In this document: one piece after another, positions 1-10,057 of the stretch
Numbering within the stretch: the stretch's first letter is position 1
How the letters are laid out: the number at the start of each line of letters is the position of its first letter
NCBI GenBank assembly: GCA_003599735.1
Contig: QZJI01000040.1
Location: 1-59,282, forward strand
Reading direction: 5' to 3'
Length of the DNA stretch: 59,282 nt
Source: Dehalococcoidia bacterium
GTDB taxonomy: Bacteria > Chloroflexota > Dehalococcoidia > UBA2979
Program-made: the position numbers and the translations under genes
The notes under the pieces: model-generated
Told to the model about the DNA's origin: nothing
What the model saw: the letters and a program-made list of their open reading frames with translations, nothing else
Databases searched by the model: none

Positions 1-1221
1 GCCGGGGACGTGACCGTTCTTGTGTCGGTCGGGAAGCCACGCCTCCGAGTCGTCGACTTCGCGATACAGCGGTAGAGGTGACTCATCGGGGTCGGTGCCG
101 AACAACCGCGCCGGGCCGAAATAGTTTGACGGCGCACGCAGGTACTCGATGAAGCTTCGGGGGAAGAGGTCTGGCCCGAGACCGTCGTGCTCGACGTCAG
201 GATCGATGTAGATATTGGCGAACGGCGTCGCGGTATACCCGATGTAGGCTCGCCGATCGAAGCTCCAGAGGAGCGCTCGGATCGCACGATTCACCTTCGC
301 GGGATCATCATCCTCTGCCTTCGTGTTGATCGATGCGTTGTCGGCCTCGTCGTCGATGACAAATACCGGGAACTCACGGATTCGCTTGGGATCACCCAGC
401 CCGGAGACGTTGAGGAGCCATTCGCGAAGATTGTTGAGGATCGTCGTGTTCTTCTTGACGACGAGAAGTACCGGATAGTCGCCGGGGACAATCCCGGCGC
501 TCTTCGCCTTAGCAATGCCGAAGTCGCCGTGCTCGGCACTCGTGGTGAGCGAAGCCGTGGCGAGGCGATGCCCCCCAACCAGCCGGCCAACACCGAGCGC
601 CGCCGCAGTGAAGCCGTCATCCGCATCAGCGATCTGGCGAAGCTGCGTATCGATCCCGAGAAAGCCTTCGTCGAGCCGCAACTGTGTCTGGCTTCTGAGG
701 CTGTTGTGCATTCCGGCGAGCACGATTACGAGCCGGTAGCCGGCATCCACAGCCCTGCAGATCAGGCCTGTGTAGTTACCGGTCTTTCCCGACTGCACCT
801 GCCCGACAACCATGCCGCGGCGATCCCACGGGCCGGGGCGAGACGGGTCCTCGAGCTTTTCGAGGATTCGCTGCGTGGTCGAGTCGAGGCGCTGCAGGAC
901 AAGCGGGGGGAGCCGCACCTCTTCCTGAAGATAGCGGACATAGCGATTCCAGAATCGCCATTCAATGGATTCTCGTTGCTCGCCGAACCATTCGAGGTGC
1001 CCGTCCGAACTGTCCAGCGAGACGGCGTCCGCCTGGAAGATATTGAACTCCGCCTGGAGGAGGCGCACGAGCTCGTCGGCATCCAGGTCGGCGCCATGTC
1101 TCCTGCGCAGGACAGGGAGGATGTCGTTGACAGCTTCGCGCAGCTCTTCATCGGTGGGTGTGTTCGTATCGAGAAGATTCAGGACGAGGTTGCGCGCCTG
1201 ATTTCGGATGTCCGCTTCCAT
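1..1221 (-). CDS. Z1-domain protein (helicase-like NTPase + Z1) of an Mza-like defence locus; 3' end runs off the window
   Basis: Not in the ORF track because there is no stop in the window. Manual translation from ATG at 1221 (TGATG overlap with the upstream stop) gives MEADIRNQARNLVL...WRFWNRY...RRGMVVGQVQSGKTGNYTGLICRAVDAGYRLVIVLAGMHNSLRSQTQLRLDEGFLG, the typical N-terminal motif of Z1-domain proteins. Confidence 0.85.
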   Translation of the reverse strand, partial: MEADIRNQARNLVLNLLDTNTPTDEELREAVNDILPVLRRRHGADLDADELVRLLQAEFNIFQADAVSLDSSDGHLEWFGEQRESIEWRFWNRYVRYLQEEVRLPPLVLQRLDSTTQRILEKLEDPSRPGPWDRRGMVVGQVQSGKTGNYTGLICRAVDAGYRLVIVLAGMHNSLRSQTQLRLDEGFLGIDTQLRQIADADDGFTAAALGVGRLVGGHRLATASLTTSAEHGDFGIAKAKSAGIVPGDYPVLLVVKKNTTILNNLREWLLNVSGLGDPKRIREFPVFVIDDEADNASINTKAEDDDPAKVNRAIRALLWSFDRRAYIGYTATPFANIYIDPDVEHDGLGPDLFPRSFIEYLRAPSNYFGPARLFGTDPDESPLPLYREVDDSEAWLPDRHKNGHVPG

Positions 1222-2723
1222 CAATCCGTCCTCGTCATACGTTCGACCATCTCGGGATAGAGATTGAACGGCTCGATCGTGAGCAGCCGGTCCCGAGCAG
1301 CCTCCCGGCTGAGACCGTTGTTCAAGAAGCGCTCGTAGATGCGCTCAGCGAGTGCCACGAGTTCGTCGTCAGCATCTTCGCTGAAGGCGGGTTTGGGTTC
1401 GGTCTGCTTCGCACCAGGGAGGAGGGGTACAGGGATCGTCTCTTCCATCACCCTGATGAGGTCAGATATGGCCTGCCTGTTCGGTCCCGCGCTGTCGAGG
1501 AGCTCTTCGATCAACGGGTGCTTGCGGTTGATGCGGAACGCCAGCTCGCCGTGCTTTCTCAGCTGCCTCCAGACGGGCTCGGCAGCTGAACGAACCTTCG
1601 GCCGGGCGAGGATCGCGCCGCGATGGCGGTATACGTCTGCCGCACGTCGTCGAGTAACGAGCGCGATGCGGCGCAGGTCATCGACCAGCGGCCCCGGTGG
1701 CCGCACCGACGCCTTCTTCACGTCGAGGGCCCACTCTCGGTCGAGCTCCGGAGGGACGTCTATAGCGATTCGCGCGAGATTGTGATCGTCATCCTTCGAC
1801 TGTCCGCGATTGAACCAGTCTCCAGCCTGGATCAACCGATCGGAGCGATAGACATAGAACCCCTGTTGCGCGTTCCAACCGTTCGGGCCGCCGGCTTCCT
1901 GATACTCGCCGTCCGTTAGCTTCGATCGGTGGGGCAGAACGAACGGGGTGACGAGCACGCGCTTGCGTCGGAATGTCAGTGGCTCCACCGGCAACTGTTG
2001 TGTCGCAGCATGGCCTGCGAGAAAGGGATCCCAACCCCTAACAGATACGCGGTTGATGGCGATGGTGAGCGGCTGGGTCTCGCGAAGAAGAAAGCGCCCG
2101 AAGGTCATCGCGAGATGTCGTTCGACCGACGCCACACGTCGCAGAAACGCGCGGTGCGCTCGTTCGTCATCGGCGTCCGAGCCCTCGTCGACGAGATCGG
2201 CTGTCAGCCTCCTCCAGACAACCACCGTGCCGCGCTTGATGCCGAGCGTCGACGCAATCACCTCTTCAGTGCCCGCGGGCGGGATCTTGAGCAACAGCCA
2301 GCGACCCTGCGCGCGGACGAAATCCAGATCCCAGGAACGCAACGCCAGCGGGCGGCCGACGCGCGTTCTCGAACCCACCGTCAATTCTCGGCATTGCGAA
2401 AAGGAAGCCGTCTTCAAGCCGAACCCGAAGCGACCCAGATCCGCTGTGCTGCGGGGGATCAGGGGATCCTGGCTTCCGATCGTCATTGCCTGCCGGAGTT
2501 GGGTCTCCGACATCCCCTCGCCATCGTCTGCGATGGCACACCATGAATCGGTGCCATCCCAGTGCATTGTCACGTCGACGTGACGGGCGCCGGCAGAGAT
2601 CGAGTTGTCTACGAGGTCAGCGATCGCCGATTCGGTGCTGTAGCCGAGCGCCCCAAGAGTCTCGATTGTCGCCGCGGGGTTCGGGGGTGCCTCTTCGCAT
2701 TCTTCTACCGCATAGTCTGCCAT
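1221..2723 (-). CDS. MutL/MORC-type GHKL ATPase of an Mza-like locus
   Basis: GHKL motifs AIADLVDNSISA, IADDGEGM and DLGRFGFGLKTASFS; S5-like QQGFYVYRSDRLI...WALDVKK. Translationally coupled to the Z1 gene. Likely start ATG 2723. Confidence 0.85.
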   Translation of the reverse strand: MADYAVEECEEAPPNPAATIETLGALGYSTESAIADLVDNSISAGARHVDVTMHWDGTDSWCAIADDGEGMSETQLRQAMTIGSQDPLIPRSTADLGRFGFGLKTASFSQCRELTVGSRTRVGRPLALRSWDLDFVRAQGRWLLLKIPPAGTEEVIASTLGIKRGTVVVWRRLTADLVDEGSDADDERAHRAFLRRVASVERHLAMTFGRFLLRETQPLTIAINRVSVRGWDPFLAGHAATQQLPVEPLTFRRKRVLVTPFVLPHRSKLTDGEYQEAGGPNGWNAQQGFYVYRSDRLIQAGDWFNRGQSKDDDHNLARIAIDVPPELDREWALDVKKASVRPPGPLVDDLRRIALVTRRRAADVYRHRGAILARPKVRSAAEPVWRQLRKHGELAFRINRKHPLIEELLDSAGPNRQAISDLIRVMEETIPVPLLPGAKQTEPKPAFSEDADDELVALAERIYERFLNNGLSREAARDRLLTIEPFNLYPEMVERMTRTD

Positions 2724-2992
2724 CCGGACCCCCGAGGACGGCTCCTGCCGCAACTAGGAACGCCTCGCCGGATAATAACAGCGCGCTCGGTGAACATATC
2801 ATTCCCATCGCCTCGATGTTCGGGTGCCTCTCATACCATCAGAAGCGCGCCGTGGACTCGGGCCAGACCGCGGAAGCACCGCACGGCTCGTCAACGGACG
2901 GCGACATTCCCGAGTAGGCGATCGGGCGTGCACTGGGCATAATGTTCACGATGTCGTCGATTCTCTCCACGCCCTGCACGAGAGGAACGGGA

Positions 2993-3235
2993 ATGACCGA
3001 CTGCGAAATCGCCACGGACGGACGCACCCTACTTCTGCCTGATGGCACGATCCTGGGCCGTGCCTCCGACTACATGACGCCGCAGCGCTACGAATGGGCG
3101 ACCGGCGGCGGCTGGTTTCTGGGTGCCCGTCGAGCGGGCGACGGCGTCGAGTGCCTGTTCGAGGATGCCGAGGGCGAGCCGTTTATCGTGCCGGTAGCCG
3201 AGCTTGCGGGCGCGAAGGTTGTTCCGAACCCCTGA
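2993..3235 (+). CDS. Small hypothetical protein (80 aa)
   Basis: AGAGGA-like RBS before ATG 2993; GC3-rich codons; no recognisable family. Confidence 0.5.
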   Translation: MTDCEIATDGRTLLLPDGTILGRASDYMTPQRYEWATGGGWFLGARRAGDGVECLFEDAEGEPFIVPVAELAGAKVVPNP

Positions 3236-3732
3236 CGTGCGTCAGCGGTCACGCGGGCGCCATCCCCTAACATCGGGAAGTCACGGTCTCCCGCCGCTCG
3301 GGAGGCCGAGGACCGCGGAACAACTCGCGTCGGCTGCGGTTAGTGGTTTCGGGCGTCGCCTTACCCTGCCTACTTTGGCCCTCACCAAGTTGGATCACAC
3401 AGCGGAAGCGTGTCAGGACGGGCTCGTTTATCACAGCCGAACGTCCATGCGATGTTCGTTCAGTGGTGAGAATCGGCGAGATCGGAGCGCGATTAAGCGA
3501 GCATGCGAGAGTATACAAGAGATCTCGAATCTCGCCAATTCCGATGACGACGTGGACTAAGCCGTATAGTGCGCGTCCCCTTTGGCTCGGCGACGACGTC
3601 AGTCCGTATTGCGCTGCGTCCTTAGCCGCGTTCGCGTTCACGCGAGAGTTTGGAGCGAAAGATCGGCTTCAGACACCCTGGTTAGTAGTGGCGCGAGGCG
3701 TATCCATAGCCTTCCTAAATCGGCCGATCGCG

Positions 3733-3749
3733 TAGGCTAAGCGCGCTTA
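3733..3749 (+). promoter_or_regulatory. Possible -10 box (TAGGCT) overlapping a 12-bp palindrome TAAGCGCGCTTA upstream of the Sir2-SMC operon
   Basis: Perfect palindrome at 3738-3749, about 25 nt before TTG 3773; GGGAG RBS follows. Confidence 0.25.
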
Positions 3750-3772
3750 CTAGCCGCTGCTCGGGAGTTCAA

Positions 3773-5158
3773 TTGCCTGACATTCCAGCTAGCCTTCTTC
3801 ATGCGGTTGCCAATCCGGCCCCCGGAAGCGTGGTGCTGGTAATCGGTGCGGGGTGCTCGCTTGAACCGCCAACCGATCTGCCCCTTGCCGCGGCACTTTC
3901 ATCCGACGCATTTCGGCAGCTCGTCGTTGACCAGATTCTCGTTGATAGCGATGTCGGCGATCCGGGAGACCTGGCGTTGGTGGCTGACAAGGTCTTTGAA
4001 AAAACCGGCGCTCAAGAGGCGCTCGTCGATCGGATGCCGGTTCGTCGGTTTCAGATGGCGAAACCGAATGAGGGGTACCTGATCGCTGCAGCGCTGATGC
4101 GCGAGCAGATCATTGGCTCCCTGCTAACCCTGAACTATGACCTCGCTGCCACACATGCGCTCGTCGAACTCGACGCTCGAGACGACGTTTCGATCATCGA
4201 AGGCCCCGACGACAGTGCGAGCCTTGGACTCCTGAACCTCGTTTACCTACATCGAAGCGCACAACGTCCGCCCTCTGAATGGATCCTCCGCCCAGCTCGA
4301 CTCGAGCCGGAATGGGAGGGAACGTGGGAGCAGGTCGTCGCTGCTCGCTTTCTCGCAGCTTCGGTCGTCCTCTTCGTTGGTCTTGGTTCCGCCGCGACGC
4401 TGTTGGCTGCGACGCTCTCGAAGGTCCGCTCGGTAGCGATCGCGGGCGAGATTTATCAAGTCGGGCCTGAGGAGCCGGCCGCATCAGCATTCTTCGGCGA
4501 ACTCCAGATATCCGAAGCTAATTACATTCGCCTGGGCTGGGGCGACCTGATGCGTCAGCTCGGTGAACGCGTCGCTGAAGAGCACCGAGCTGCTCTGGAG
4601 GCACGATGCATGCAACTCGCACCGGAAGGCCCATGGGATATCGTCGGCCTTTCTGATTTCTCGCGGCGCTGTGCCTCTATCGGCCTCGTTGGGCTTGGCC
4701 GCCTGCGGGCGACCTGGACACTTTCCCGCACGGATTACCAAGCACATCGGACTGTCGATCTCGATCAGATCGCCCTATTCCTCTTAGTGATTCGGTGGAT
4801 AGAACAAGAGACCGCAGCGATAGCGCGAATGTCCTCAGACGGCGTAGTTGAATTCTGGCGTGGCGAGAGCTTCGCCGGCTCGATACTTCTGTTCACGGGT
4901 CGCGCCGTGAGGTCCTGGCACGGCATCGAAGATGACGCCATTCGATATGCGTACAGATGGCGAGAGCATTCGCCTGCCCCGACCGTAGCCATAGTCACAG
5001 GCACGACGGGTGTAGCCGCCGACACTGCGATGCCCATGGATATTGCGATGGACGAGCAGCGCGACAGCATCCTTGCGCCCGCCTTGGGTCCCGAGTTCCT
5101 TGACTTGCAGGCACTCCGGCAGAGTCCGGAGAGGATTCGGGAGTTCGTGCATGACTAG
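3773..5158 (+). CDS. Sir2-like (SIR2_2) effector with C-terminal domain; LmuA-like subunit
   Basis: Motifs VVLVIGAGCS, LLTLNYD, LVYLHRS and VVLFVGLG in sirtuin-fold order; first gene of an overlapping three-gene operon with an SMC ATPase. Confidence 0.75.
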   Translation: MPDIPASLLHAVANPAPGSVVLVIGAGCSLEPPTDLPLAAALSSDAFRQLVVDQILVDSDVGDPGDLALVADKVFEKTGAQEALVDRMPVRRFQMAKPNEGYLIAAALMREQIIGSLLTLNYDLAATHALVELDARDDVSIIEGPDDSASLGLLNLVYLHRSAQRPPSEWILRPARLEPEWEGTWEQVVAARFLAASVVLFVGLGSAATLLAATLSKVRSVAIAGEIYQVGPEEPAASAFFGELQISEANYIRLGWGDLMRQLGERVAEEHRAALEARCMQLAPEGPWDIVGLSDFSRRCASIGLVGLGRLRATWTLSRTDYQAHRTVDLDQIALFLLVIRWIEQETAAIARMSSDGVVEFWRGESFAGSILLFTGRAVRSWHGIEDDAIRYAYRWREHSPAPTVAIVTGTTGVAADTAMPMDIAMDEQRDSILAPALGPEFLDLQALRQSPERIREFVHD

Positions 5159-5741
5159 CTCGACCCCGTTGACCCCGGCGGCAGTTCTTGGGGCCGCCTC
5201 ACATGCTTTAGAGCAAGGCGGTTTCACACGCGTAAACCCGGTCTCCGACGGCGACCCTGGCCGACTATTCGAAGACCCTTACTCCGTAGTGTGTCTCGTC
5301 ATCTACGAGACCTGGGGCGACCTGATCGCCCGGTGGCCACGAGCGCAAGACAGCTTTGTCGACATCATCTCCAATTATTGGCGTCGCGGCGAACCGAAGA
5401 CTTGGGACGGTTACCTGGTCCTGATTACGACTGACAACGCTAGGGACAGATACGAGCAAGGCGACACGATCCGGTACGACACGACGCGGGCACGTAAACT
5501 CGTCGCATCCGGCGAGGACATTCGGGCGATCAGCGACGTTGAACGCCTCCTGTCACCATTGCTTCCGCTCGAGATGACATCGGGAGCGAATCAACACCCG
5601 GACGTCATGCTGCTATTACCTCCCGTCCTAGCCGCGGCTGGTGTCGACGAAGATGTTGTACGCACGCTGATTGACGCCTTCCGGAACGACGAACCCTTAC
5701 TCGAAGCCATTCACGGGCTTAGAGACGACGCAAACTCATGA
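5151..5741 (+). CDS. Middle component of an ABC-three-component/Lamassu system (LmuC-like)
   Basis: 196 aa from ATG 5151, overlapping both neighbours; WDGYLVL...IRYDTTRARKLV resembles the middle-component pattern W-x-x-Y-L...I-x-x-D...R-K-x-V. Confidence 0.7.
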   Translation: MTSSTPLTPAAVLGAASHALEQGGFTRVNPVSDGDPGRLFEDPYSVVCLVIYETWGDLIARWPRAQDSFVDIISNYWRRGEPKTWDGYLVLITTDNARDRYEQGDTIRYDTTRARKLVASGEDIRAISDVERLLSPLLPLEMTSGANQHPDVMLLLPPVLAAAGVDEDVVRTLIDAFRNDEPLLEAIHGLRDDANS

Positions 5742-7855
5742 GACTCGTGTCCGTGGATATCGCTGGGTTCCGCGGATTCCCACAACGTCGAACGATCGAC
5801 CTCGACGCCGACGTCATAATCGTCTCGGCGCCAAACGGCCAAGGGAAGACGTCTCTCTTCGACGCAATCATGTGGGCTCTAACGGGAGCCGTGCCGCGTA
5901 TTGGCCCGGACAGTGAGCTGGTGTCGCTCTTCTCCGATACAGCGACCGCGTCGGTGTCGCTCCGCCTCCGTGAGGACGGTGGCCGCGAACTGAATGTGAC
6001 GCGCTCCATCGAGAACGGCTCATCGGGCATCGCCCTCTCCAGGGACGGTGCGGCAGTGCTCCGAGGGCCGTCGGCTGAAGCCGCCCTGCTCCAGGCGCTT
6101 TGGCCGGAGGGTTCCGCCGAGCCCGAGCCGCTCCCACGGCTGCGCCACGTTTTCACGCGCAGCCTGTACCTGCAGCAAGATGTCGTACGAGCGTTCGTCG
6201 ACGAGGATGACCCGGGGGCTCGTTTCCAGCTGATTGAAACGTTGGTCGGCGTCGGCCAGGTCGTTGAGCTCCAGAGACAGTTGGAAACGTCGCAGCGCGG
6301 TTGGAACACGGCTACTACTCATGCTGAACAAAGCAGTGCTCGCACGCGTTCACTGCTGGACGCGGCGCGTGCGGAACTAAGCGTGCTGAGTCCTGAAACG
6401 ACCGCCGCGGCGGAGGTCGATCTTCAGTGGAACTCTTGGATCCGCTCTGCAACCGAGCTCGGTCTTTCAACATCCGAACTAGGTGCAGACCGAGCCAAGG
6501 CTCTCAATTCAGTTATCAATGAAGCAGATGCGCGCATGCGCCCGTTGGTACGTCGGGCCGCCGAGATGCAAACCATTCTTTCGGACCTGCGAACGAGACC
6601 GACAGACGTCGCGCCCCTTGATGCCGAACGGCTCCGCGTAAGCGCCGAGGAAGTCAATGGTCGGATCCTCGCCGTGCAAGCCGAACTGACCCGCTCGCGT
6701 GAGCAACTTGCAGAGGAAAGGAGGAGGCTCACGGAACTAGCGGAGTCGATCGAACGACACAAGGCACTCGCTGCCCTTGCGCTACAGGATCTCACCGAAA
6801 TCTGTCCCGTATGCAATCAACCTCATGTAGTGGCTGACACGCGAGCAAGGCTCGAACGCATAGTTGCCTCGGGCGTGTCTCCTGACACGACGATAGACGA
6901 GCAGCAGATACCTGCACTCACACTCGAACTTCGAAACCTCGAGATCGAACAGGGACGGATCGCTACCCTATCGGCTGCCGCCACCGAAGCCGAACGGACG
7001 GCGCGAGTGCGAGAGGCGACGGTGAATCGGCAGCTTCAGGCGCTCGGCCTCCCCGAGTCCGCAACTCCTGAAATTGTCGCCACCGAACTCGCAAACATCG
7101 AACGGGCCGCTGAACGCCTATCAGCGCTCCGCGCATCGGGAGAAGCACTCGCGCTCTTGCTGAGCCGAGCGTCGGAGTTCAGCCTGAGAACAGAGCGCGA
7201 GGAGACGATTCGCAGGTTAGATGCACAGCTGGCGGCGGAGTTGTACCAGCTGACTGGTCGGAGGCGAACCGCCGATCTCAGCCGGACGATCATCGAAGAC
7301 CTCCAGAACGCGACCGAAGCACTGGTCGATTTGGCGCTGAAGGACATCGAGCCATTGCTTGGCCGCATCTACGGCAGGATGGATCCGCACCCAGTATTCA
7401 GACGAGCTCGGTTCGATACGCGCATGTTCCGCCGGCGCGGCCAGCTCTCGGCGGTCCTCGACGACCCGCTTACTCCTCTCTCTACGCAAACCCCAGAAAA
7501 GTTTCTCTCAAGCTCGCAGGTGAATGCGCTCGCAGTTGCCATCTTCCTTGCGTTTAACTTGGGAATGCCCACCCTCAGACTCGAAGCAGCACTCCTCGAC
7601 GATCCGCTGCAAAGCCTCGATGACGTGAATCTTCTGGGGCTTATCGATCTTCTCCGGCGCGCGAGAGACCAGCGTCAGTTGGTCGTATCGACGCACGATG
7701 CTCGATTCGCACAACTCTTGGCCAGGAAGCTGCGCCCAGTCCGGGACAACCAGAGAACTGTATGGATTGAACTAGAAGGGTGGGGTCGGCAAGGCCCTGA
7801 GATCAAGGCCACCGCCGTTTCCACGGACATGTCGCCCATCCGGATGGTCGTATAG
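5738..7855 (+). CDS. SMC/Rad50-like ABC ATPase (LmuB-like)
   Basis: Walker A APNGQGKTS, long coiled coils, central zinc hook CPVC, signature LSSSQ, Walker B/D-loop LLDDPLQSLD, H-loop STHD. Confidence 0.85.
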   Translation: MRLVSVDIAGFRGFPQRRTIDLDADVIIVSAPNGQGKTSLFDAIMWALTGAVPRIGPDSELVSLFSDTATASVSLRLREDGGRELNVTRSIENGSSGIALSRDGAAVLRGPSAEAALLQALWPEGSAEPEPLPRLRHVFTRSLYLQQDVVRAFVDEDDPGARFQLIETLVGVGQVVELQRQLETSQRGWNTATTHAEQSSARTRSLLDAARAELSVLSPETTAAAEVDLQWNSWIRSATELGLSTSELGADRAKALNSVINEADARMRPLVRRAAEMQTILSDLRTRPTDVAPLDAERLRVSAEEVNGRILAVQAELTRSREQLAEERRRLTELAESIERHKALAALALQDLTEICPVCNQPHVVADTRARLERIVASGVSPDTTIDEQQIPALTLELRNLEIEQGRIATLSAAATEAERTARVREATVNRQLQALGLPESATPEIVATELANIERAAERLSALRASGEALALLLSRASEFSLRTEREETIRRLDAQLAAELYQLTGRRRTADLSRTIIEDLQNATEALVDLALKDIEPLLGRIYGRMDPHPVFRRARFDTRMFRRRGQLSAVLDDPLTPLSTQTPEKFLSSSQVNALAVAIFLAFNLGMPTLRLEAALLDDPLQSLDDVNLLGLIDLLRRARDQRQLVVSTHDARFAQLLARKLRPVRDNQRTVWIELEGWGRQGPEIKATAVSTDMSPIRMVV

Positions 7856-8048
7856 TTTCGGCCCCTCAAGCTGGACACGAAAGTGTCAACGCTGGGCGGA
7901 GCCCTCGACAATCAAGCGGAGCGGTGATCGCTTTTGGCGCGCGGCGCAACGCCTGCCTGTCGGCACATTTGCAAGGTGTTAGGCGGATCAATGGCGGCGA
8001 CCATTCAGCATGCAGCGGATCTCCATAGACGCTGGAGATGAACCGTCG

Positions 8049-8786
8049 CTACGGATACCTCGCGGCCCTCTCCATGAGGCGATCGAGATTGTCTTCGAGT
8101 TGCTGTACTACCAACCGCTCATCGAAACCCCAGATTTCAGCTAGAACCCGAACCGCTCGGTCTACTTCCCATGGGAGGGCCGAGCGAAACTCAACCTGTC
8201 CGAATGGGCCATCGGACTCGGTCAAGACACGATCTCGCGGCATCCGTGCTGCAAGCTCACGCCCCCGTTTGCCGGCAAGCATTGAAGGACCAACGCTGAA
8301 CCAGCAGCCGAGATCGATTGCGCGACGTAATTCACCCGTGGTTCCAGAAAACCAGTGAAGAATTGGCACTCCCGCCTCAGGAAGCGCTCCGATGCGCTCC
8401 AGGACTGGCTGGGTCGCTCGCCTGCTGTGCAACGAGAGAACCCGCCCTCCGCCCTCTGCACAGAGACGTAGAATCTGCTCGAATATCTCGACTTGGGCGT
8501 TCCAACTCGCGCGGAACTCGGGAGCGCCGTCGAGGCCGACTTCACCGACGAAACGCGCTCTCGGCAGCAGTTCCTCAAAAAGAGTGATCTCCTTCGCTCG
8601 CTCAAGAGCGAGCTGAGGATGAAAACCTAGCGCTGTGTGGATCCGATCTCGCTCCAATGCCGCCGTTCCGCTCCAAGCACTCGGAACGGTCGTCACCGAA
8701 AGGAGGCGCACGCCCAACTGTTCGCTGCGTTCCGCGATGCTCCATGGATCGGGATAAAGATCGAGATGGCAGTGGAAGTCGATCAA
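8049..8786 (-). CDS. qatD: QatD, TatD-family nuclease
   Basis: MIDFHCHLDLY, GFHP, VGEVGLDG, LHSRRA, LHWFSG, LTESDGPF; last gene of the four-gene operon. Confidence 0.92.
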   Translation of the reverse strand: MIDFHCHLDLYPDPWSIAERSEQLGVRLLSVTTVPSAWSGTAALERDRIHTALGFHPQLALERAKEITLFEELLPRARFVGEVGLDGAPEFRASWNAQVEIFEQILRLCAEGGGRVLSLHSRRATQPVLERIGALPEAGVPILHWFSGTTGELRRAIDLGCWFSVGPSMLAGKRGRELAARMPRDRVLTESDGPFGQVEFRSALPWEVDRAVRVLAEIWGFDERLVVQQLEDNLDRLMERAARYP

Positions 8787-10057
8787 ACGACGCCTATTTC
8801 GCTCAAGAAGTCACCGAGCTCGGTTACTCCTCGGCGAACGACATCAATGTAAGGCGTTACGTCCCCCACTTGCGCAGCACTGATTGAAGATCCAGCCCAA
8901 GACTTCACACCGACCTCACTCATCGCCGCTACAGCGATAGCGGCTGAGCGCACGTCGTCGTACAGGGCATGATTCTTGTCCTTTAACGAGAGCTGCTCAT
9001 AGAGGTAGTACGTCCCGTCGGGGAGTGACGCCGTGTTGAAGGAGGCTCGCCTGATGAGGCAGGGCAGACATCTACCACAATGACGGTATCCGTTCCGGGC
9101 GAATCGGCCGCAGCTCGTGCTCGATGCAGCAAGCTGGCGCAGGAGCGCTTGGTCGGTGCAGTTCGCGAGCATCTCACCCTTGGTCGTGAACTGGTACGGA
9201 TTCTCGAGCGACACGCGTATCCCACTCGCGTCGAGAATTCGCTGGAGGAGCCCAATGAAGAACGGATGGGTCGTCCTCGTACTCAGAGCACCTAGCCTTC
9301 CGCCCGTGAGCGGCGGGTTCAGAGAGATGAAGCCGTTTTCGCAAACGTACATCGTTACCGAGTCCCCGGTGGCATAGCGTTCCAGCGAGGTGGCCGCAGC
9401 AACTCCATACGCGAAGAAAGCGATGGAGCGAGCGCGTTGCGAGCGCTCATTCTCACCAGGGCAGTTTGCGTTGTGGTTCAGCTGTAAGTGGCGCAAGCCC
9501 GCCCCTACTTCGCTCGCGAATCGTTGCTGTGTTCCCTTGTCACCCCGGGATGTTTGACTCACCGCCCATGGCCGGCTGCCGCGGGAAACGAGATCGATTG
9601 CACCAATTAGGCTGTCGAGGCCACCAGAGAGCAGGACAACACAGTCCTCGGCAGGACGGACCAGTTCCTTTGGCGAGGGCATCGGTGATGGATCGTGAAT
9701 GAAGGAGACTGTCCACCTGTCGGTAGTCAAGAAGCGCAGAGCTTGCTCAAGTATGCCGCTCTGAGTTTCCCAGAACTCAGGCTCGCTCACGGCTACGTGC
9801 AGGTCTATCTCCCGTGTCCAGCCATCAGGACTCTTTGAGCGCGACACTCCGACATCACTGGCAACAACCGACAGTGCAATCGATAAGAAATCGAGTGCCC
9901 GTGTCGAAGGTTGATACCCTGACCGGTGGATTGAGTTGCGCAATGTGGCGCCGACCGATCCTCTTCCGGCGACAGTTGCAGAGCCGAAGAGCGTTATCCC
10001 GAGATCGGGATTGGCAGCGGCGAAGTCATACGTGTCCCGGGCGCAGACGACCTTCAT
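8783..10057 (-). CDS. qatC: QatC, QueC-like protein
   Basis: PP-loop LLSGGLDS, QRARS, CENGFISLN, STRTTHP, NPYQFTTKGEM, Zn motif HCGRCLPCLIRRAS. Confidence 0.92.
   Translation of the reverse strand: MKVVCARDTYDFAAANPDLGITLFGSATVAGRGSVGATLRNSIHRSGYQPSTRALDFLSIALSVVASDVGVSRSKSPDGWTREIDLHVAVSEPEFWETQSGILEQALRFLTTDRWTVSFIHDPSPMPSPKELVRPAEDCVVLLSGGLDSLIGAIDLVSRGSRPWAVSQTSRGDKGTQQRFASEVGAGLRHLQLNHNANCPGENERSQRARSIAFFAYGVAAATSLERYATGDSVTMYVCENGFISLNPPLTGGRLGALSTRTTHPFFIGLLQRILDASGIRVSLENPYQFTTKGEMLANCTDQALLRQLAASSTSCGRFARNGYRHCGRCLPCLIRRASFNTASLPDGTYYLYEQLSLKDKNHALYDDVRSAAIAVAAMSEVGVKSWAGSSISAAQVGDVTPYIDVVRRGVTELGDFLSEIGVV

Noticed and set aside
187-1260. 357-aa plus-strand ORF
   Set aside because: Antisense shadow of the Z1-domain gene, which carries the recognisable motifs.
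5738-7855. Housekeeping SbcC/RecN or Wadjet JetC
   Set aside because: No SbcD nuclease or kleisin/KITE/Toprim partners; the context is effector, middle component, ATPase.
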